Assembly: GCF_009914755.1 (NCBI RefSeq)
Contig: NC_060948.1
Origin: the human T2T-CHM13v2.0 reference genome, Homo sapiens
Strand: one strand, 5' to 3'
Length of the DNA stretch: 64,000 nucleotides
The notes beneath the pieces were generated by a model, which did not search any database, was not told where the DNA came from, and was given only the letters and a program-made list of their open reading frames with translations. The stretch's first letter is position 1. Each line of letters opens with the position of its first letter. A program made the position numbers and the translations under genes. Positions 55,574-64,000 of this stretch are shown here, piece after piece.

Positions 55574-58500
55574 GGCCTGGAATAAAGTGGAATGCTACGG
55601 TCTCGAATGGAATAAAAATGTATGGAATGGAATGCAATGAAACGGAATCGAATGTCATAGAATGTAATGGAATGCAAAAAAATGGAATCCAAAATCATTG
55701 ACTGGAAAGGCTGGGTTTCGAAAGGAATTGACTCCAATGGAATGGAATCGAATGGAATGGAAGTGAATAGAATCGAACTAAATCGAATGGAATGGAATTG
55801 GTAAGAACGGAATGGAAAGGAATGAAATGATTTGGCATGGAATGGAATCGAATGGCATCGAATGGAATGGAATGGAATGCAATGCAATGGAATGTATTAG
55901 AATGTAATGAACTTTAATGGAATGTACTCGAATGGATTCGACTGGAATGGAATGTTCTGGAAGTGAATGCACTCCAATGGAATAGATTCAAAAGGAATGG
56001 AATCGTACGGAATGGAATCTAATGGAATGCAATTAAATGGAAATGAATCAAATTGAATAGCACGGAATTGAATTGAATGGAATCGAATGCAATGGAATCT
56101 AATAAAACGGAAAGGAAAGGAATGGAATGGAATGGAATGGGCTGGAATGGAAAGGAATCGAAACGAATGGAATGGACTCGAACTGAAGAGACTGGAATGG
56201 AATGCACTGGAATGGAAGGGAGTGTAATGGAAGGTTCTCGAAAAAAATGGAATCGAATGGAATGGAATTGAATGGAACGGAATAGAGTCGAATGGAATTG
56301 AATGGAATGGAATGGACTAGAGTGAAATGGAATCGAACCACAAGGAATGGACAGGAATAGAATGGTCTCGAATTGAATGGAATCGTATGGAATGGCATCA
56401 AACCGAATGGAATGGACAGCCACGGAATGGAATGCACTCGAATGCAATGGAGTCGAAACTAATGGACTGGAATAGAATGGACTCGACTGGTACGGACTCC
56501 AATGGAATGGAATCGAATGGAAGGGAATCGAACGGAATGGACTCGAAGGGAAAAGACTGCAATGGAAAGGTCTCGAATGGAATGGAAATTAATGGAATGG
56601 AATGGAATCGAATGAAATGGAGTCAAAAGGAATGGAATCGAATGGCAAGAAATCGAATGTAATGGAATCGCAAGGAATGGATGTGAACGGAACGGAATGG
56701 AATGGAATCCAAAGGAATGGAATAGAATGGAATGGAATCGAATGGAAAGGACTCGAATGGAAATCACTCGAATAGAATGCAATTTAATAAAATAGGATGA
56801 AATGTAATGGAATGGAATGGAAAGGAATCGAAACGAAAGGAATGGAGACAGATGGAATGGAATGGAACAGAGAGCAATGGTATAGAATGGAATGGAATCA
56901 TCTGAAATGGAATTGAATGGAATGGAATAATATGAAATGGAATGGAATGGAATGGAATGCCCTTGAATTAAATGGACTGGAATGGAATGGACTCGAACAG
57001 AGTGGAATGGAAAGTGTTGAGATAGAATGGAATGGACTCGTTTGGAATGGTCTAGTATGCAATGCAATCGACTGGCAGGGAATCAAAAGGAATGTAATCG
57101 AATGGATTGGACTGGAATGCAATGGACTCGAATAGATTGGAAACGGAATGCAAAGGAATGGAATGGAATAGTATGGAATGGAATGGAAAGTAATGGAGTG
57201 GAATAGACTAGAGTGGAATGGAATGGACTCGAAAGCAATGGACTGGAATGGAACTTTCTTGAATGGACTGGAATCAAACGGAATGGAATGCAATGCAATC
57301 AAATGGCATGGAATAACATAGAATGAAAGAGAATCAAATGGAATTGAATCGAATGGAATCGAATGGATTGGAAAGGAATAGAATGGAATGGAATGGAATT
57401 GACTCAAATGGAATGGACTAGAATGGAATGGATTCGAATGGAAGGCAAAGGAATGGAATCTATTGGAATGGACTGCAATGGAATGGAATGGAAGGGATTG
57501 GAATGGACTCGAATGGAATGGACTGCCATAGAAAGGATTGGAATGGAATGAAAAAGAATTGAATGGAATAGAACAGAATGGAATCAAATCGAATGAAATG
57601 GAATGGAATAGAAAGGAATGGAATGAAATGGATTGGAAAGGATTCGAATGGAATGCAATCGAATGGAATGGAATCGAACGGAATGGAATAAAATGGAAGC
57701 AAACTGGCAAGAAATGGAATCGAAATGAATGGAGTGTTATGGAACGGACTCAAAAGGAATTGAATGTAATAGAATGGAGTGGAGTGGACTCGAATATAAT
57801 GGACTGGAATGGAATGAAATCACATGGAATGGGAACGAATGGAATGGAATGGAAAGGAATGGAATCGAATGGAAAGGAATCGAATGGAAGGGAATGAAAT
57901 TGAATCAACAGGAATGGAAGGGAATAGAATAGACGGTAATGGAATGGACTCGAATAGAATGGACACGAATGCTCAAATTGAATGGACTCGAATGGAATGG
58001 AAACGAAAGGAATGTCATCGAATGGAATTGAATCGATTGGAATGAAATCGCATAGAATGGAGTGGAATCAAATGGAATTGAATCGAAAGGAAAGGAAGCG
58101 AATGGACTGAAATGAAATGGAATGGAATTGAATGGAAAGTAATGCAATGGAATAGAATGGAACGAAATTTCACGGAATGGAATCAAACTGAATGGAATCA
58201 AATCAATGGAATATAATCAAATGGAATGGAAAGGAATTGAATGGAGTAGATGGGATTGGATGGGATTGGAATGAAATGTACTGGAAAGGACTCGAATTTT
58301 ATGAAACGGAATGGAAAGAATTGGAAAGGAATGGACTCGAATGGAATGGAATGTCATGGAATGGCATCAAATGGAATGGCATCAAATGGAATGGAATCGA
58401 ATGCAATGGAATGCTATGGAATGGAACGGAATGCATTGGAATGGAATGTCCTCTAATGGAAAGGATTCGAGTGGAATGGAATCGAATATAATGGAGTCGA

Positions 58501-59127
58501 ATGAAATGGAATTGAAAGGAATGGGATCGAATACAATGGAATATACTGGAATGTAATGTAATGAACTCGAATGTAATTGACTGGAATGGAATGTACATGA
58601 ATGGAATGTAATCGAATGGAAAGTAATCCAATGGAATAGAATCTAATGCAATAAAATCTACTCAGATAGAGTAGAATGTATTGGAATGGAGTGCAGTGCA
58701 GTGGAATGGAATGGAATGCAATGGAATGGAATGGAATGGAATGGAATGGAATGGAATGGAATGGGATGGAATGGTATGGAATGGATAGTAATGGACTGGA
58801 GTGAAATGGACTGGAAAGGAATGGACTCAAATTGAAAGGGCTCGAAAGGAATGGAGTCAAATGGAATGGTCTGGAATGGAATGAACACGAATGTAATGCA
58901 ATCCAATAGAATGGAATCGAATGGCATGGAATATAAAGAAATGGAATCGAAGAGAATGGAAACAAACGGAATGGAATTGAATGGAATGGAATTGAATGGA
59001 ATGGGAACGAATGGAGTGAAATTGTATGCAGTAGAAGAGAATAGAATGGAATGCAAGCGAAAGGAAAGGAATGGATTGGAATGGAATGGAATTCATTGGA
59101 ATGGAAGGGAATGTAGTGTAATGGACA
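55574..59127 (+). repeat. DYZ1 unit U16 (3554 bp)
   Basis: GGCC at 55574 and 59128. Confidence 0.9.
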
Positions 59128-62100
59128 GGCCTGGAATAAAGTGGAATGCTACGGTCTCGAATGGAATAAAAATGTATGGAATGGAATGCAATGAAACGGA
59201 ATCGAATGTCATAGAATGTAATGGAATGCAAAAAAATGGAATCCAAAATCATTGACTGGAAAGGCTGGGTGTCGAAAGGAATTGACTCCAATGGAATGGA
59301 ATCGAATGGAATGGAAGTGAATAGAATCGAACTAAATCGAATGGAATGGAATTGATAGGAACGGAATGGAAAGGAATGCAATGATTTGGCATGGAATGGA
59401 ATCGAAGGGCATCGAATGGAATGGAATGGAATGTATTAGAATGTAATGAACTTTAGTGGAATGTACTCGAATGGATTCGACTGGAATGGAATGTTCTGGA
59501 AGTGAATGGACTCCAATGGAATGGATTCAAAAGGAATGGAATCGTACGGAATGGAATCTAATGGAATGGAATTAAATGGAAATGAATCAAATTGAATAGC
59601 ACGGAATGAATTGAATGGAATCGAATGCAATGGAATCTAATGAAACGGAAAGGAAAGGAATGGAATGGAATGGAATGGGCTGGAATGGAAAGGAATCGAA
59701 ACGAATGGAATGGAATCGAACTGAAGAGACTGGAATGGAATGCACTGGAATGGAAGGGAGTGTAATGGAAGGTTCTCGAAAAAAATGGAATCGAATGGAA
59801 TGGAATTGAATGGAACGGAATAGAGTCGAATGGAATTGAATGGAATGGAATGGACTAGAGTGAAATGGAATCGAATCACAAGGAATGGACAGGAATAGAA
59901 TGGTCTCGAATTGAATGGAATCGTATGGAATGGCATCAAACGGAATGGAATGGACAGCCACGGAATGGAATGCACTCGAATGCAATGGAGTCGAAACTAA
60001 TGGACTGGAATAGAATGCCCTCGACTGGTACGGACTCCAATGGAATGGAATCGAATGGAAGGGAATCGAACGGAATGGACTCGAAGGGAAAAGACTGCAA
60101 TGGAAATGTCTCGAATGGAATGGAAATTAATGGAATGGAATGGAATCGAATGAAATGGAGTCAAAAGGAATGGAATCGAATGGCAAGAAATCGAATGTAA
60201 TGGAATCGCAAGGAATTGATGTGAACGGAACGGAATGGAATGGAATCCAAAGGAATGGAATAGAATGTAATGGAATCGAATGGAAAGGACTCGAATGGAA
60301 ATCATTCGAATAGAATTCAATTTAATAAAATAGGATGAAATGTAATGGAATGGAATGGAAAGGAATCGAAACGAAAGGAATGGAGACAGATGGAATGGAA
60401 TGGAACAGAGAGCAATGGTATAGAATGGAATGGAATCATCTGGAATGGAATTGAATGGAATGGAATAATATGAAATGGAATCGAATGGAATGGAATGCCC
60501 TTGAATTAAATGGACTGGAATGGAATGTACTTAAACAGAGTGGAATGGAAAGTGTTGAGATAGAATGGAATGGACTCCTTTGGAATGGTCTAGTATGCAA
60601 TGCAATCGACTGGCAGGGAATCAAAAGGAATGTAATCGAATGGATTGGACTGGAATGCAATGGACTCGAATAGATTGGAAACGGAATGCAAAGGAATGGA
60701 ATGGAATAGTATGGAATGGAATGGAAAGGAATGGAGTGGAATAGACTAGAGTGGAATGGAATGGACTCGAAAGCTATGGACTGGAATGGAACTTTCTTGA
60801 ATGGACTGGAATCAAACGGAATGGAATGCAATGCAATCAAATGGCATGGAATAAAATAGAATGAAAGAGAATCAAATGGAATTGAATCGAATGGAATCGA
60901 ATGGATTGGAAAGGAATAGAATGGAATGGAATGGAATTGACTCAAATGGAATGGACTAGAATGGAATGGATTCGAATGGAAGGCAAAGGAATGGAATCTA
61001 TTGGAATGGACTGCAATGGAATGGAATGGAAGGGATTGGAATGGACTCGAATGGAATGGACTGCCATAGAAAGGATTGGAATGGAATGAAAAAGAATTGA
61101 ATGGAATAGAACAGAATGGAATCAAATCGAATGAAATGGAATGGAATAGAAAGGAATGGAATGAAATGGAATGGAAAGGATTCGAATGGAATGCAATCGA
61201 ATGGAATGGAATCGAACGGAATGGAATAAAATGGAAGCAAACTGGCAAGAAATGGAATCGAAATGAATGGAGTGTTATGGAACGGACTCAAAAGGAATTG
61301 AATGTAATAGAATGGAGTGGAGTGGACTCGAATATAATGGACTGGAATGGAATGAAATCACATGGAATGGGAACGAATGGAATGGAATGGAAAGGAATGG
61401 AATCGAATGGAAAGGAATCGAATGGAAGGGAATGAAATTGAATCAACAGGAATGGAAGGGAATAGAATAGACGGTAATGGAATGGACTCGAATAGAATGG
61501 ACACGAATGCTCAAATTGAATGGACTCGAATGGAATGGAAACGAAAGGAATGTCATCGAATGGAATTGAATCGATTGGAATGAAATCGCATAGAATGGAG
61601 TGGAATCAAATGGAATTGAATCGAAAGGAAAGGAAGCGAATGGACTGAAATGAAATGGAATGGAATTGAATGGAAAGTAATGCAATGGAATAGAATGGAA
61701 CGAAATTTCACGGAATGGAATCAAACTGAATGGAATCAAATCAATGGAATATAATCAAATGGAATGGAAAGGAATTGAATGGAGTAGATGGGATTGGATG
61801 GGATTGGAATGAAATGTACTGGAAAGGACTCGAATTTTATGAAACGGAATGGAAAGAATTGGAAAGGAATGGACTCGAATGGAATGGAATGTCATGGAAT
61901 GGCATCAAATGGAATGGCATCAAATGGAATGGAATCGAATGCAATGGAATGCTATGGAATGGAACGGAATGCATTGGAATGGAATGTCCTCTAATGGAAA
62001 GGATTCGAGTGGAATGGAATCGAATATAATGGAGTCGAATGAAATGGAATTGAAAGGAATGGGATCGAATACAATGGAATATACTGGAATGTAATGTAAT

Positions 62101-62660
62101 GAACTCGAATGTAATTGACTGGAATGGAATGTACATGAATGGAATGTAATCGAATGGAAAGTAATCCAATGGAATAGAATCTAATGCAATAAAATCGACT
62201 CAGATAGAGTAGAATGTAATGGAATGGAGTGCAGTGCAGTGGAATGGAATGGAATGCAATGGAATGGAATGGAATGGAATGGAATGGAATGGAATGGGAT
62301 TGAATGGTATGGAATGGATAGTAATGGACTGGAGTGAAATGGACTGGAAAGGAATGGACTCAAATTGAAAGGGCTCGAAAGGAATGGAGTCAAATGGAAT
62401 GGTCTGGAATGGAATGAACACGAATGTAATGCAATCCAATAGAATGGAATCGAATGGCATGGAATATAAAGAAATGGAATCGAAGAGAATGGAAACAAAC
62501 GGAATGGAATTGAATGGAATGGAATTGAATGGAATGGGAACGAATGGAGTGAAATTGTATGCAGTAGAAGAGAATAGAATGGAATGCAAGCGAAAGGAAA
62601 GGAATGGATTGGAATGGAATGGAATTCATTGGAATGGAAGGGAATGTAGTGTAATGGACA
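59128..62660 (+). repeat. DYZ1 unit U17 (3533 bp)
   Basis: GGCC at 59128 and 62661; 10-bp and 1-bp deletions near 59430 and 59607. Confidence 0.9.
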
Positions 62661-64000
62661 GGCCTGGAATAAAGTGGAATGCTACGGTCTCGAATGGAAT
62701 AAAAATGTATGGAATGGAATGCAATGAAACGGAATCGAATGTCATAGAATGTAATGGAATGCAAAAAAATGGAATCCAAAATCATTGACTGGAAAGGCTG
62801 GGTGTCGAAAGGAATTGACTCCAATGGAATGGAATCGAATGGAATGGAAGTGAATAGAATCGAACTAAATCGAATGGAATGGAATTGATAGGAACGGAAT
62901 GGAAAGGAATGCAATGATTTGGCATGGAATGGAATCGAAGGGCATCGAATGGAATGGAATGGAATGTATTAGAATGTAATGAACTTTAGTGGAATGTACT
63001 CGAATGGATTCGACTGGAATGGAATGTTCTGGAAGTGAATGGACTCCAATGGAATGGATTGAAAAGGAATGGAATCGTACGGAATGGAATCTAATGGAAT
63101 GGAATTAAATGGAAATGAATCAAATTGAATAGCACGGAATTGAATTGAATGGAATCGAATGCAATGGAATCTAATGAAACGGAAAGGAAAGGAATGTAAT
63201 GGAATGGAATGGGCTGGAATGGAAAGGAATCGAAACGAATGGAATGGAATCGAACTGAGGAGACTGGAATGGAATGCACTGGAATGGAAGGGAGTGTAAT
63301 GGAAGTTTCTCGAAAAAAATGGAATCGAATGGAATGGAATTGAATGGAACGGAATAGAGTCGAATGGAATTGAATGGAATGGAATGGACTAGAGTGAAGC
63401 GGAATCGAACCACAAGGAATGGACAGGAATAGAATGGTCTCGAATTGAATGGAATCGTATGGAATGGCATCAAACGGAATGGAATGGACAGCCACGGAAT
63501 GGAATGCACTCGAATGCAATGGAGTCGAAACTAATGGACTGGAATAGAATGGACTCGACTGGTACGGACTCCAATGGAATGGAATCGAATGGAAGGGAAT
63601 CGAACGGAATGGACTCGAAGGGAAAAGACTGCAATGGAAAGGTCTCGAATGGAATGGAAATTAATGGAATGGAATGGAATCGAATGAAATGGAGTCAAAA
63701 GGAATGGAATCGAATGGCAAGAAATCGAATGTAATGGAATCGCAAGGAATGGATGTGAACGGAACGGATAGGAATGGAATCCAAAGGAATGGAATAGAAT
63801 GGAATGGAATCGAATGGAAAGGACTCGAATGGAAATCACTCGAATAGAATGCAATTTAATAAAATAGGATGAAATGTAATGGAATGGAATGGAAAGGAAT
63901 CGAAACGAAAGGAATGGAGACAGATGGAATGGAATGGAACAGAGAGCAATGGTATAGAATGGAATGGAATCATCTGAAATGGAATTGAATGCAATGGAAT
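62661..64000 (+). repeat. Partial DYZ1 unit (5' part, truncated by the window)
   Basis: Starts at GGCC 62661; landmark order is conserved to the window end. Confidence 0.9.

Larger units (their letters stand above)
1..64000 (+). repeat. DYZ1: Human Satellite 3 (GGAAT)n array, DYZ1 type (Yq12), ~18 tandem ~3.54-kb units
   Basis: Continuous GGAAT pentamers and 1-2-nt variants (CGAAT, TGAAT, GGACT, GCAAT). Unique landmarks such as ggacaggcctgg, ggtctagtatgc and gcaaactggcaag recur every ~3.5 kb. One HaeIII site per unit sits near an EcoRI site, matching the classic 3.4-kb HaeIII / 3564-bp EcoRI DYZ1 unit. Confidence 0.95.

Noticed and set aside
167-63854. Hundreds of ORFs with MEWNG-rich (+) or FHSIP-rich (-) translations, up to 331 aa
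   Set aside because: Pure GGAAT/ATTCC has no stop codon in any frame, and its 15-nt cycle translates to MEWNG or FHSIP. The ORFs recur with the unit period, overlap in several frames and show no domains, so they are artefacts.
1-64000. CRISPR-like or other repeat-spacer array
   Set aside because: There is no constant repeat separated by unique spacers; the intervening sequence is itself repeated in every unit, and no cas-like genes are present.
1-64000. Embedded Alu/L1, DYZ2 (HSat1B) block or strand inversion
   Set aside because: I saw no non-pentamer sequence, AT-rich block, poly(A) tail or switch to ATTCC on the + strand anywhere in the window.
1-64000. HSat2, telomeric repeat or alpha satellite identity
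   Set aside because: It lacks the CATTCGATTC/GATGAT-type HSat2 pattern as a dominant motif, TTAGGG repeats and 171-bp monomers; the ~3.55-kb unit fits DYZ1.

Overview
The whole 64 kb is one uninterrupted, single-orientation array of (GGAAT)n/(ATTCC)n Human Satellite 3, with the G-rich strand on +. Diverged pentamers are organised into a ~3.5-kb repeat unit that has one conserved HaeIII/StuI site (aGGCCt) about 40 bp after a canonical EcoRI site. This matches DYZ1, the Yq12 heterochromatin satellite of the human Y chromosome. Cutting at GGCC gives 17 complete units of 3493-3568 bp plus two partial units. I see no protein-coding genes, RNA genes, transposons, inversions or DYZ2 blocks; all listed ORFs are translation artefacts of the pentamer. 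I cannot support a new gene system here. The structure worth following up is: (1) three perfect in-phase heat-shock elements per unit; (2) a near-perfect 7068-bp two-unit tandem duplication; (3) older two- and three-unit duplications and mosaic units; (4) recurrent indels and EcoRI site gains and losses that barcode individual units. All comparisons were made by eye, not by alignment software.
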